DNA of 26,503 nucleotides from a virus (lineage: Duplodnaviria > Caudoviricetes): positions 1-26,503 of the IMG/VR virus record IMGVR_UViG_3300020595_000167; one strand, 5' to 3'. Every line of letters begins with the position of its first letter. The first letter of the stretch is position 1. The notes beneath the pieces were generated by a model. It saw only the letters and a list, made by a program, of their open reading frames with translations. It searched no databases and was not told where the DNA came from. Position numbers and translations under genes: made by a program. Of this stretch, positions 16,919 through 25,458 are shown one piece after another.

Positions 16919-17797
16919 TTAATTACCAGCCAATTTTTCAAAGTATGACATAGTATCATCATCTTCTTCATTGGTAGTATCAGGCGCTGATACTGGTGTA
17001 GTATCAACAACTGGTGCTACTGGTTCGTCCATAATGGCTTCTGCTGTTTTAGTAACTACCATTCCAGACAAAACAATATCTAGACGAGTTTTAAGTTCGT
17101 CATAAGACTTGAAGTTAGATGGAGCAAGAAACTCTTGTAAGTCATATTGACTAGAAAAGATTTCTTCCAACTTATCATCTTCTGCAAGTTTAGATGGTTC
17201 AGCGAACTCTGATTTATCATAGTTCCAGTAACCGTCTACCTTACGAATCTTCAATTTAAAGTCAGCACCTTCATCCAAATCAAAAGCGTTTAAAGGTTTC
17301 TCATCTTCAAATGCTGGTGTTGCAGCTTCAGAAATCTTATCCCAAATCTTTTTACCATATCTGAACAAGAAAACTTTACCTTCGTTCTCTGGATGTTTAG
17401 GATCACTTACTACATAGATATTTGAGTAGTAAGATAACTTCCTCTTTTGTTTACGGGCAAGTTCCTTATCGGACTCTACACCACTATTCCACAATGCAGT
17501 ATTATGTTCTGACACTGGGTCTTTACCGCCAGGCAGAGTAGTAAGAGAGTTCTCAATAAACCACTGTCCAGTAGGCCCTTGGAAAGCATGTGAATATAAC
17601 TTCACCCATGATTTCTCAATTTGTGCCGCAGGCAAGAAACGAATAACAGCGTAACCATTACCAGTTTTATCCAACTCTGGTTTCCACATTCTTTCGTCTA
17701 CATATGATTTTTTTTGAACTTGTGGTTCATCAGCTTCTTTGATTGCACCAAGTAGTTTGTCCAAGGATTTGGACTTTCTATATTCTTCTAAAGACAT
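16919..17797 (-). CDS. gp32: Single-stranded DNA-binding protein gp32
   Basis: DERMWKPELDKTGNGYAVIRFLP, KRKLSYYSNIYVV.DP, NYDKSEF motifs and acidic tail. Confidence 0.96.
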   Translation of the reverse strand: MSLEEYRKSKSLDKLLGAIKEADEPQVQKKSYVDERMWKPELDKTGNGYAVIRFLPAAQIEKSWVKLYSHAFQGPTGQWFIENSLTTLPGGKDPVSEHNTALWNSGVESDKELARKQKRKLSYYSNIYVVSDPKHPENEGKVFLFRYGKKIWDKISEAATPAFEDEKPLNAFDLDEGADFKLKIRKVDGYWNYDKSEFAEPSKLAEDDKLEEIFSSQYDLQEFLAPSNFKSYDELKTRLDIVLSGMVVTKTAEAIMDEPVAPVVDTTPVSAPDTTNEEDDDTMSYFEKLAGN

Positions 17798-17798
17798 T

Positions 17799-18560
17799 TT
17801 ATACTCCTTTTTCGTATGTTTCGTATGTCATTGTTTTCTGATTTACGCCTAGGGTTTCATCCTTGTCACCAATCTTGTAAAACATGACGTTAGGAAATTC
17901 CTTGACTATCGTGTTATACTGATTATTCCAATTAATTGGATTAAAACCTTTAGCACTTTCGGATACATAATTCTTTGTACCCTTATACATGTTATTTATA
18001 GGTTTGCTGTAATCACTTCCATCAAACCCTACCATGTATATTTCTGTAGCACCTTGTTGACATGCAAGATGAATAGCAGTATTTCCAGTAGACCACCCTT
18101 TCGGATATTCTATATTTTGTACTCTATCTTCCCCTACATGTGTTATGTACAATCCCACATTATAAGATAATTTATTATATAAATCTGTCTCATCCATATG
18201 TGGGTTTAGTGCCATAATTTCTTTTACTGTTTCTTTTACAGATTCTTTTGTTTTACCTTGAACGACACACCCCCTTTGTTCAGGCATTTCTTTTGTTTCA
18301 TATACATTACCATCACCCCAACCCATAATCAATGATTCAGGCCCGAACTCTGGTGGTAATATATCCCAATCTGTAAAGTGACATTTATTGTCCTTTACAT
18401 AACCACTTTCATATATTTCTTGTTGCATATTATAGTCTACTGACACTAAATTGTCAACAACAAAATCACGATAAATGGCATTACATCCCCAAGTCACTAT
18501 GTATGGACTTAAAGGTAAAAACTTTCTTGATTCACCATTACCGTAAATTAGATGTTTCAT
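17799..18560 (-). CDS. Conserved hypothetical protein, possibly glycosyltransferase-like (Maf/DUF115-like)
   Basis: GNGESR, GCNAIYRD, STGNTAIHLA and IYMVGFD motifs. Confidence 0.55.
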   Translation of the reverse strand: MKHLIYGNGESRKFLPLSPYIVTWGCNAIYRDFVVDNLVSVDYNMQQEIYESGYVKDNKCHFTDWDILPPEFGPESLIMGWGDGNVYETKEMPEQRGCVVQGKTKESVKETVKEIMALNPHMDETDLYNKLSYNVGLYITHVGEDRVQNIEYPKGWSTGNTAIHLACQQGATEIYMVGFDGSDYSKPINNMYKGTKNYVSESAKGFNPINWNNQYNTIVKEFPNVMFYKIGDKDETLGVNQKTMTYETYEKGV

Positions 18561-19261
18561 TTAGACATCTTTCTTGCAATAGTAGAGTCTGACTTAGTAC
18601 CTTGTACCTCATACTCCGCTGTTTCGTTATTAAAGAATCTTTCTTCTTTTTCAAACTTTAGTTTATAATGATCTCTATCAGATAAGTTTGCAAGTATATT
18701 AAATGCAAGACTTACTCTTTTATGATCTGTGTTATTCTTTCCAAACCCATGATACAAGTATGAGTTAAACATAATCAATGAACCCTTAGTACATGGGAAA
18801 GCAAGTTGATTTGTAAAGTTTGGATTTGTTCTATTGTAATGTTTTCTTAAAGACATAAATGGGTCGGTATTGAAAGAAACCTTCTCAAAAGTTAATGGTG
18901 GTTGATTAGGATGACTGTCAAAGTAATATACACCACTGATTATAGAATTACCGTGGTTATGCATATTCTGTGAACTGCCTGGATTTGCTTCGTTAATCCA
19001 ACTTTCATGTATCCAAAATTCATCATATGCAATATTCATTACGTTATCTAAGTAATCTTTTACACATTCTTCAAACCAAACTTTCAAATCTTGCATCTCT
19101 GGTCGATTTACAATATTAGGAAGTTCATCACCAAACTGTGTTGTGTTTGGATTATTACCACCTTGTGTATTGAACTTAAAGTCACTTTTGTAAACAGGCG
19201 GATTAGGATTTTGATAAATCTTAATCACACCCATTGGAAAGATTGGAATACCGTTATCCAT
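18557..19261 (-). CDS. Putative 2OG-Fe(II) oxygenase (TIGR02466-like)
   Basis: ESWIN, HNHGNSIISGVYY, FNSYLYH and RVSLAFN motifs. Confidence 0.85.
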   Translation of the reverse strand: MDNGIPIFPMGVIKIYQNPNPPVYKSDFKFNTQGGNNPNTTQFGDELPNIVNRPEMQDLKVWFEECVKDYLDNVMNIAYDEFWIHESWINEANPGSSQNMHNHGNSIISGVYYFDSHPNQPPLTFEKVSFNTDPFMSLRKHYNRTNPNFTNQLAFPCTKGSLIMFNSYLYHGFGKNNTDHKRVSLAFNILANLSDRDHYKLKFEKEERFFNNETAEYEVQGTKSDSTIARKMSK

Positions 19262-19263
19262 AT

Positions 19264-19539
19264 TTACACCACTATACCACTTACTACTTCTGTATATGCT
19301 TTATTTATATCTGCATTACATGGTGTAAGTAATACTACACCCCCAGCACGAAAGACAGCGCTTTTAGCGTTCTCTTCGCCTGTCATACAGACACCCCTTG
19401 CAAATCCCATTTTACCTTCTTTGGTATTTACAATCATTTTTGGATTATCAATGTGAACACCAGTTTCATCATTCTTATCCAATCGACCAATAAATTCACC
19501 AGCGTTAGTCAACACTGTAACTAGGTCACCTTTTTTCAT
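19264..19539 (-). CDS. Small beta-rich protein, possible Sm-like fold
   Basis: LVTVLTNAGEFIGRL...IDNP pattern. Confidence 0.55.
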   Translation of the reverse strand: MKKGDLVTVLTNAGEFIGRLDKNDETGVHIDNPKMIVNTKEGKMGFARGVCMTGEENAKSAVFRAGGVVLLTPCNADINKAYTEVVSGIVV

Positions 19540-19708
19540 ATTGTTTCCTCTTTGATATATGTGGTTTACGAACAGAGAGATCTGAAATTCTCTCTACTAA
19601 TTCTTTGTTTTTAACAACTAACTCAGCGTTGTTAAATTCCAAATTTTTAATACGGGCTTGGAGACCCTCTACTTTAGATTCAAAAAAACCTTCACTTCGT
19701 ACTGACAT
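19526..19708 (-). CDS. Small coiled-coil protein
   Basis: AAGGA RBS, heptad pattern, first gene after promoter. Confidence 0.6.
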   Translation of the reverse strand: MSVRSEGFFESKVEGLQARIKNLEFNNAELVVKNKELVERISDLSVRKPHISKRKQYEKR

Positions 19709-19749
19709 AATTTAATTCCTTCTAATGCCTGTTTCATTTTAATATACTG

Positions 19750-19778
19750 ATATTAACATAAATATTACCCATTGTCAA
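19750..19778 (-). promoter_or_regulatory. Sigma70-type early promoter for the gp32-containing operon
   Basis: TTGACA-17 nt-TAATAT. Confidence 0.7.
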
Positions 19779-19781
19779 CAC

Positions 19782-20975
19782 TTAATTTAATATTTTGTAA
19801 TATTTTTCCCACTCTGGTACATAATCTAATAGACAAGTTCCTCTTGCTTTATCTCTAGATTTAACGTGGCTCATGAGTGCGATTGTACCGTTGTGATCCC
19901 ACTCAGCCTGTTCTAAAAATCTAATTACTTTTTTTACTTCATCGTGCTTTCCATTTTCATATAGTGTATCCAGATAACAATCCCTTACCTCTGGTGGTAT
20001 TGATTCAATTCTGTATACATTGTTAACCACTGGACTAAAATTGATATAATGAAACTCTTCACACAACTGATGAACCTTTCCAGCATTTAGTGCATTTATA
20101 GTTGCGGCCATGTATGTCTGGATATGTGGAGATTTTTGTAGTTTCTTTATGTTAACATTTACTACATCCCAATCTGAAAGGTATCTAATATAATTATTAA
20201 AGTCGCCTACACCATCAACCGAAACATTCACTATAACTCTACGAAACCTTTTTGTCTCCTCTATAAACCTATCTACATTCTGTGTACCATTTGTAATGAC
20301 ACGAACTATCTTTCTATCAGAAACTACAGACAATATATCATAGATATTATCACCTATGAGTGGTTCGCCACCAGTAAACTTAATCTCTTCTGCATTTTCA
20401 ATTATATGTTTCAAATCTTTAGCAAACTGTGGATTAATCTTTGCTCGTTTAACCCTCTTTTTAGTTTCTCCTAGTTCAATTGCCTCTTTATTAAATTGAG
20501 ATGAATTACCAGATGAACAAAAGTTACACCGTAAGTTACATATATTTCCTCTTACACCATTCACAATAGCAGTATGCCAAAATGTAGGTTTAGAATCTGT
20601 CTCAATTATTTTTTCTAATTCTTCTTTCTTATGGGCAAATTCATTTTGATCATTAAACCTAGATAGGTAAAACTGTCTGTGAGAGCGAGAACCAGCTTTT
20701 TCTTGTTTCTTACACACTCCACAAATATCGTTAATAAATTCTTTATCATCATTATTCTTTAGTGCTGATCTCCATCTTACGTTTTGTGGAGCATTATAAT
20801 AGTCATCAAAAGTATCTTTAGAGGAATTAAAGGTTTTAAGATTGTACTTATCTTGCATATCTTTTTTATTAACAGCAGTCGTAGCACAACAACCTCGTAT
20901 ATCGCCAGGCGCCGAAAACATCAAATTAGTAAACGGTTCTGGACATATCCAATCGTATTCCTCTAGTTTCTTCAT
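19782..20975 (-). CDS. Radical SAM protein with N-terminal Cys domain
   Basis: CNLRCNFC, FTGGEP, ITNGT and SVDG motifs; N-terminal CPEPF...CC...CGVC. Confidence 0.92.
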   Translation of the reverse strand: MKKLEEYDWICPEPFTNLMFSAPGDIRGCCATTAVNKKDMQDKYNLKTFNSSKDTFDDYYNAPQNVRWRSALKNNDDKEFINDICGVCKKQEKAGSRSHRQFYLSRFNDQNEFAHKKEELEKIIETDSKPTFWHTAIVNGVRGNICNLRCNFCSSGNSSQFNKEAIELGETKKRVKRAKINPQFAKDLKHIIENAEEIKFTGGEPLIGDNIYDILSVVSDRKIVRVITNGTQNVDRFIEETKRFRRVIVNVSVDGVGDFNNYIRYLSDWDVVNVNIKKLQKSPHIQTYMAATINALNAGKVHQLCEEFHYINFSPVVNNVYRIESIPPEVRDCYLDTLYENGKHDEVKKVIRFLEQAEWDHNGTIALMSHVKSRDKARGTCLLDYVPEWEKYYKILN

Positions 20976-21196
20976 ATAGGTAATTTTGCATGTTTTGGTA
21001 AGAAATGTAAATCTCTTGCATTTGCTTCAATCTTCTCTTTTAATCCTTTACTAATTAAACGCCCAACTGTATCAGGCTCAACTTCATTTTTTTCACAATA
21101 ATCCAAGACAGCATCCATGTGAGAAATCTTTTTCTCTTTTGCAATAGACTCTATTTTCATAGAAAATGTCTTAGAATTTTGTTTAAATTTTATCAT
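20972..21196 (-). CDS. gp33: Late-promoter transcription coactivator gp33
   Basis: FSMKIE...ISHMDAVLDYCEKN...LISKGLKEKIEANARDLHFL. Confidence 0.88.
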   Translation of the reverse strand: MIKFKQNSKTFSMKIESIAKEKKISHMDAVLDYCEKNEVEPDTVGRLISKGLKEKIEANARDLHFLPKHAKLPI

Positions 21197-21540
21197 TCGT
21201 GTTCTCCACCATATGGGTCTTTTATTCGTTTACCATTGACCCAAATATATCTGGCACGACTTGGGGTATGATACCCCCTTTTAATAAAAAAACTTGGTTT
21301 ACGTTTTGCAGTTTCAAAAGTTGCAACTGTTATTGTGATTGCAGCCAAAATGATAATATGTGCAATAGTAGTAACACCAAAAATCCACATACTAGTAAAG
21401 TATGAACTGAAAGCAATACACCACATCCATGCTAATACTTGCATAATCATATGGCGTGTATTTGTATCTGGAATATGTCTTAGTGGATTTCTTTCGTAGT
21501 TCATAACAACATTCCAAGTATCATATATAAATTTTCTCAT
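21193..21540 (-). CDS. Hypothetical membrane protein
   Basis: GAGG RBS; two hydrophobic segments. Confidence 0.7.
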   Translation of the reverse strand: MRKFIYDTWNVVMNYERNPLRHIPDTNTRHMIMQVLAWMWCIAFSSYFTSMWIFGVTTIAHIIILAAITITVATFETAKRKPSFFIKRGYHTPSRARYIWVNGKRIKDPYGGEHE

Positions 21541-21564
21541 ATCAACCTCAAATAAAAAATGGAG

Positions 21565-21726
21565 GCAGGACTATTTTAGTTCCCTTCAGGCATCCAGCGC
21601 GCCCTGCCATTGTGGAATAATACGGCCATTTACTTCGAGTCTACCTTGCACTTCTTGGTAGTCCATTCCACGTCGCCGATACAGTACATCATAGCTACTG
21701 ATGCACATTCAAATAGTATCGCCTGC
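21565..21726 (-). ncRNA. Unidentified structured RNA downstream of tmRNA
   Basis: GC-enriched non-coding stretch with nested stems: GCAGG..ACUAUUU/AAAUAGU.CCUGC, GUGCAUCA/UGAUGUAC, GUGGAAU/AUUCCAC, CUACC/GGUAG. Confidence 0.55.
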
Positions 21727-21749
21727 GAATCCTCGTTTTACAGAGGAAA

Positions 21750-22015
21750 CAGTGGTAGGTTTCTGTTGCTAAGTACCTACCGAACTCCATGAGATTAAGC
21801 AGCTAGTGCGAAATCCTCGATTGCAAAATTATCGTTTGCATTTGTAGTCTTGACCAATTACGGAGTCAACCGACAATTCTCCTCTTGTCTATCTCTGTTA
21901 GTCGATCCTATTTCGCCCCCATTATAAGCACACTAACTGTGTACTGTGTTTATGGTGGAGGCGATGGGTACTGCCCCCATGTCCTACCCAGCATTTAACT
22001 CGTATCAACGAATTG
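21750..22015 (-). ncRNA. ssrA: Circularly permuted two-piece tmRNA (alphaproteobacterial type)
   Basis: Acceptor piece AUGGG-GGCAGUA-CCCAU-CGCCUCC-ACCA ends at 21953, then a 32-nt spacer, then GGGGGCG at 21920 (7-bp stem with G3:U). Tag ORF 21839-21795 reads ANDNFAIEDFALAA*. Outer ends are approximate. Confidence 0.93.
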
Positions 22016-22021
22016 TAGTTA

Positions 22022-22052
22022 TATTTATAACATATCTATAACCCTTTGTCAA
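22022..22052 (-). promoter_or_regulatory. Composite sigma70 and T4 late promoter for the tmRNA
   Basis: TTGACA-17 nt-TATAAA, where the -10 box extends to TATAAATA. Confidence 0.75.
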
Positions 22053-22506
22053 GAGAAATCTCTATTTTTGCCGTACTTTCTTTTGGTGTATGCATTTTCA
22101 TCCCATAACCAGACCCTAAAAGACAAGCATAGCCTGTTGTATGATGTAATTCAATTAAAGTAAATCCACTAGATTCTGGATTCATTGACCACATAATCTG
22201 TATGGGTAAAGTTACACCGTTTTGTGTTACCAAATATGCATCTCCACTGATAAAAGGTATTTCACCATTTTTATCTTTTAAAAGAGCAACCATATCTGGT
22301 ATTGATCTACATGTCATTGGTCGCATTATAACAAATTCGTTTGGTGGCGCTTCTTCTGGTATTATTAGTTTTTCGTCCTCATCATTTGGTTCATAAAGAG
22401 GACTTTCTGTTACATCACAACATGGAGGTTCTTGATTCGGTTCAATAGCATATACTGTAGTAGTTAGAGCAATACCGATAAGAAAACTAAGCAGTAAGTT
22501 TTTCAC
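22036..22506 (-). CDS. Hypothetical exported protein
   Basis: Signal-peptide-like N-terminus MKNLLLSFLIGIALTTTVYA. Confidence 0.7.
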   Translation of the reverse strand: MKNLLLSFLIGIALTTTVYAIEPNQEPPCCDVTESPLYEPNDEDEKLIIPEEAPPNEFVIMRPMTCRSIPDMVALLKDKNGEIPFISGDAYLVTQNGVTLPIQIMWSMNPESSGFTLIELHHTTGYACLLGSGYGMKMHTPKESTAKIEISLDKGL

Positions 22507-23170
22507 TTTCTTGTTCCTTTAAGTTAAAGATGCTAACTGCTTCTTCTAATAAAGGCAAATACTCTGTCTTATCCTTTATAAACTCTTGAACAGTTCCATC
22601 TTCTGTTACAACAAGTATAACCACTTGATTTATGGGTTGACTTGTTCGTTCTTCAAACATCTCTGCATATGCAGAACCTTGAATGTAGTAGTTTTCATTC
22701 CAATCATCATTACGTTCTCTTCGTGATGTCTTGAAATCAATAATAGATAGGACTCCATCGTATTCTGCAATACAATCTACTCGCCCTGCCACTTTATATT
22801 TATCGGAATAAAGGCCACACTCTTGCGACCTAATCATATCAATTTTGCATAACAGTTGTGCAGATAACTCTTTAAATAAACAATATGGAAGAAAATCTTT
22901 TTTATGTTTATCTTCATCAAAGTTATTGTTTAAATAATCCTCACACATTTGATGGACTTTTGTACCACGACTAGCAGCAGTTCGCATAACATGATTAGCA
23001 ACATCGTTACCAACCCTTTTACGCCACTGAAATAATCCTTCTGCTTTCCGTCCATTGAGAACAGTAGTAATAGAGGGATACTTATTGCCCTCTGGCGTAA
23101 GATAAAATCTCTTACCACTGATATTTTTTGTAGTAACTTCTGGTAATACTACCGTTTCATGCTTAAACAT
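22487..23170 (-). CDS. PD-(D/E)xK exonuclease (Cas4/RecB-like, T4-like phage type)
   Basis: YPSITTVL, RGTKVH, AGRVDCIAE, IIDFKTS and Q.SAYA motifs. Confidence 0.9.
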   Translation of the reverse strand: MFKHETVVLPEVTTKNISGKRFYLTPEGNKYPSITTVLNGRKAEGLFQWRKRVGNDVANHVMRTAASRGTKVHQMCEDYLNNNFDEDKHKKDFLPYCLFKELSAQLLCKIDMIRSQECGLYSDKYKVAGRVDCIAEYDGVLSIIDFKTSRRERNDDWNENYYIQGSAYAEMFEERTSQPINQVVILVVTEDGTVQEFIKDKTEYLPLLEEAVSIFNLKEQESEKLTA

Positions 23171-23200
23171 AATGTATCCTTCTTTAATTATATAACTTAC

Positions 23201-23229
23201 AGTATATCACAAATCAACACAATTGTCAA
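23201..23229 (-). promoter_or_regulatory. Sigma70-type early promoter
   Basis: TTGACA-17 nt-TATACT. Confidence 0.75.
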
Positions 23230-23672
23230 GTATCAATTTGCCTCATTCTATCTACTAATCTATCTGCCCTTTTAGTCACTTGTCTATACCATCTGCTGTC
23301 AACCATTTCGTCTGCGGCCCGTTCCCAATCTCTCGCATCTACTCCTGCCTTCATACCTTTAAATTTAGACAATCTTGGGTAGCCCATATTGAACATCATA
23401 TTGGCAATAATTTGTTTTGCTTCCTCTGGTAGATCATCAAAATCTTCATACAAAGATTCGCAATCACCGATAACAGTTTTTAAATCTGATTCAAAACATT
23501 CAATAACTCTTTCTTCTGAAACTGGTGTTCCAACTTCAGCACCATATTCTGGGTCACTGTTTAGGACTAAATGCCCAATACCAAAAGTGGCCAATCCTAA
23601 ATGGTCAAGATATACTTCGTGTTTTATACCTTCATCTATTTCTAACTGTTTTCTCAACTTGATTATATCCAT
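23226..23672 (-). CDS. T4-type lysozyme (GH24)
   Basis: DEG...VYLDHLG..TFGIGHL (E-D-T triad), NMMFNMG and SRWYRQ..RA motifs. Confidence 0.93.
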   Translation of the reverse strand: MDIIKLRKQLEIDEGIKHEVYLDHLGLATFGIGHLVLNSDPEYGAEVGTPVSEERVIECFESDLKTVIGDCESLYEDFDDLPEEAKQIIANMMFNMGYPRLSKFKGMKAGVDARDWERAADEMVDSRWYRQVTKRADRLVDRMRQIDT

Positions 23673-23681
23673 TTTAACTCC

Positions 23682-24749
23682 TTAAGCTGCAAGTGGTTGT
23701 TTTGGGTCAACATCTAAATGTTTACCCCACTCTGCATAGTAATGTCTCATACCCACTTCATCGTGAATAGTACGGTTTTCATGTCTACCATGTAATATAT
23801 TTCTTGTTTCTGTACCCTCTCGCATTGTAGTTCCTTGTCCAGCAACTCCAATCAAATCTTCATGAAGGTTACGTCCAAATGGCCCCCAAATAGAATTGTG
23901 ATGATTAATACGAGTCATTCTTTCTTCTTTAGTATCTTTCTTTAATCCATAACCACGAAATTCAATCAATACCTTATTAGGGCCTAGAGGTGTTACTGTA
24001 TCTGAACGATATGCACTTCCCCTTAGATTAAAGTTGTAGCCTGGAAATAGGTCAACCATATACCATTGGTTTGGTGGTAGATTAGGAAAGGACAATTCAC
24101 CCCTATCCTCAAACCCAGCATACTCTTCATAGTTAACTGTAAAACTACTGACATTCACATGACCATTATCAAACGGAATGTTTTTACGAGCAAAGTACTC
24201 ATCATTGAATCCAGATACACGATTAAAATAATGCATGAAGTCATGATAAAACTCACTGTTAGTATCATGCCATAATTTATAGTTGGTATCAATCACTGCC
24301 TTGTGGTAATGAAAGACTTCCATCTCTTCTGTATCAATAGCATCTGCAATACAATCAAATGCACCAGCAGTCCACTCATCCACACTTTGTGTAGGATTAG
24401 GGTCAAGTGTTACCCACACCATACCACCATGTTTAACTTCACAGTGTAGTTGTGGTTCAACTGTTACGATTGGTGCAGCTACTGTGCCAGAGGGGAAATT
24501 GAATCCATAATTACGATATGCTTTAACACCGTCTTTGGTATTCACTGCCATCACATTTTGACCAGCAATCTGTGATGTTCTATAGTTACCTTCATTATAC
24601 ATCTCACTGATATGACACATCGGCACCCACACTTTAGAGAAAATGTGTTCTTGTTCCTTTTCAAATATCTCATAATTGTTATAACACTCGCTAGAAATAT
24701 ATTCTACTTTAGGCGTTTTAGTCCAATTCTGATGATTGCGTGGCGGCAT
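23682..24749 (-). CDS. Ring-hydroxylating (Rieske-type) oxygenase alpha-subunit homolog lacking the Rieske cluster ligands
   Basis: FEKEQEHIFSKVW..MCHISE, NYKLWHDTNSEFYHDFMH, LFP..N, PLGPNK, ED and RHYY..W motifs; no CxH/CxxH. Confidence 0.8.
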   Translation of the reverse strand: MPPRNHQNWTKTPKVEYISSECYNNYEIFEKEQEHIFSKVWVPMCHISEMYNEGNYRTSQIAGQNVMAVNTKDGVKAYRNYGFNFPSGTVAAPIVTVEPQLHCEVKHGGMVWVTLDPNPTQSVDEWTAGAFDCIADAIDTEEMEVFHYHKAVIDTNYKLWHDTNSEFYHDFMHYFNRVSGFNDEYFARKNIPFDNGHVNVSSFTVNYEEYAGFEDRGELSFPNLPPNQWYMVDLFPGYNFNLRGSAYRSDTVTPLGPNKVLIEFRGYGLKKDTKEERMTRINHHNSIWGPFGRNLHEDLIGVAGQGTTMREGTETRNILHGRHENRTIHDEVGMRHYYAEWGKHLDVDPKQPLAA

Positions 24750-24753
24750 TGGT

Positions 24754-25458
24754 TTACTCCATTCCTATCCCTAGTTTGGTTTTTTGTATCAAGTAGTTTC
24801 TTACAAACCCACTTCGTACAATATCACCGATTGTAAATTCTGTGCAACTAAATTCTTTCATTTCCTCTGCGATTCTTAGAAAATCCCAAAGTCCGTTTTT
24901 CTCATTTGTTCTTACTAAATCACTTTGTGTAAAGTCTCCACAAAATGCAATCTTGGAGTCTTGTCCAAGTCTAGTTGTAATCGTATCTAACTCATGAAAA
25001 TTTAAATTCTGACATTCATCGACTATAATAAGAGCATTATCAAATGTTAATCCTCGTAGAAAAGATGTTGATAAGAAAAACAATGTTCCTTGTGCTTTCA
25101 ATCTTTCATACAAATTCGTAAAGGATTGTTCGTTAGGCATTTCAAACATAAACTGAACCATGTTAGAATATGGAACTTGATACAATGCAGACTTATCATC
25201 TTCATCGCCTGGCAAAAAACCTATCTCTCTTGTTGGTATAAGTGATCTTACTATAATAACCTTATCAATCTTTGATGTGTTATCTAATGCTTCTCTTAAT
25301 CCATTATACAAAGAAATAAATGTCTTTCCAGTTCCTGCTGCTCCATATAAAAACTGACTTGCACCAGTTTTCCAACTTTCAAAAACCAATTTTTGATTAT
25401 CTGTTGCTGGTTTAATAGCAACCATATTTTTACTTGTTATTTCTAATTTCTTACTCAT
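24754..25458 (-). CDS. phoH: PhoH-family ATPase
   Basis: GAAGTGKT, IGFLPG, RGLTF, IIVDECQN, GDFTQSD and DIVRSG motifs. Confidence 0.95.
   Translation of the reverse strand: MSKKLEITSKNMVAIKPATDNQKLVFESWKTGASQFLYGAAGTGKTFISLYNGLREALDNTSKIDKVIIVRSLIPTREIGFLPGDEDDKSALYQVPYSNMVQFMFEMPNEQSFTNLYERLKAQGTLFFLSTSFLRGLTFDNALIIVDECQNLNFHELDTITTRLGQDSKIAFCGDFTQSDLVRTNEKNGLWDFLRIAEEMKEFSCTEFTIGDIVRSGFVRNYLIQKTKLGIGME

Noticed and set aside
21610-21792. 60-aa plus-strand ORF
   Set aside because: It is antisense to the tmRNA and structured RNA, with no RBS or protein features.
21914-21980. tRNA-Ala-like sequence ending in CCA
   Set aside because: There is no anticodon arm and the acceptor halves are in permuted order; it is the tmRNA tRNA-like domain.
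22487-23170. Cas4-like nuclease as evidence of a CRISPR system
   Set aside because: I saw no repeat-spacer array or other cas genes; this is a stand-alone phage exonuclease.
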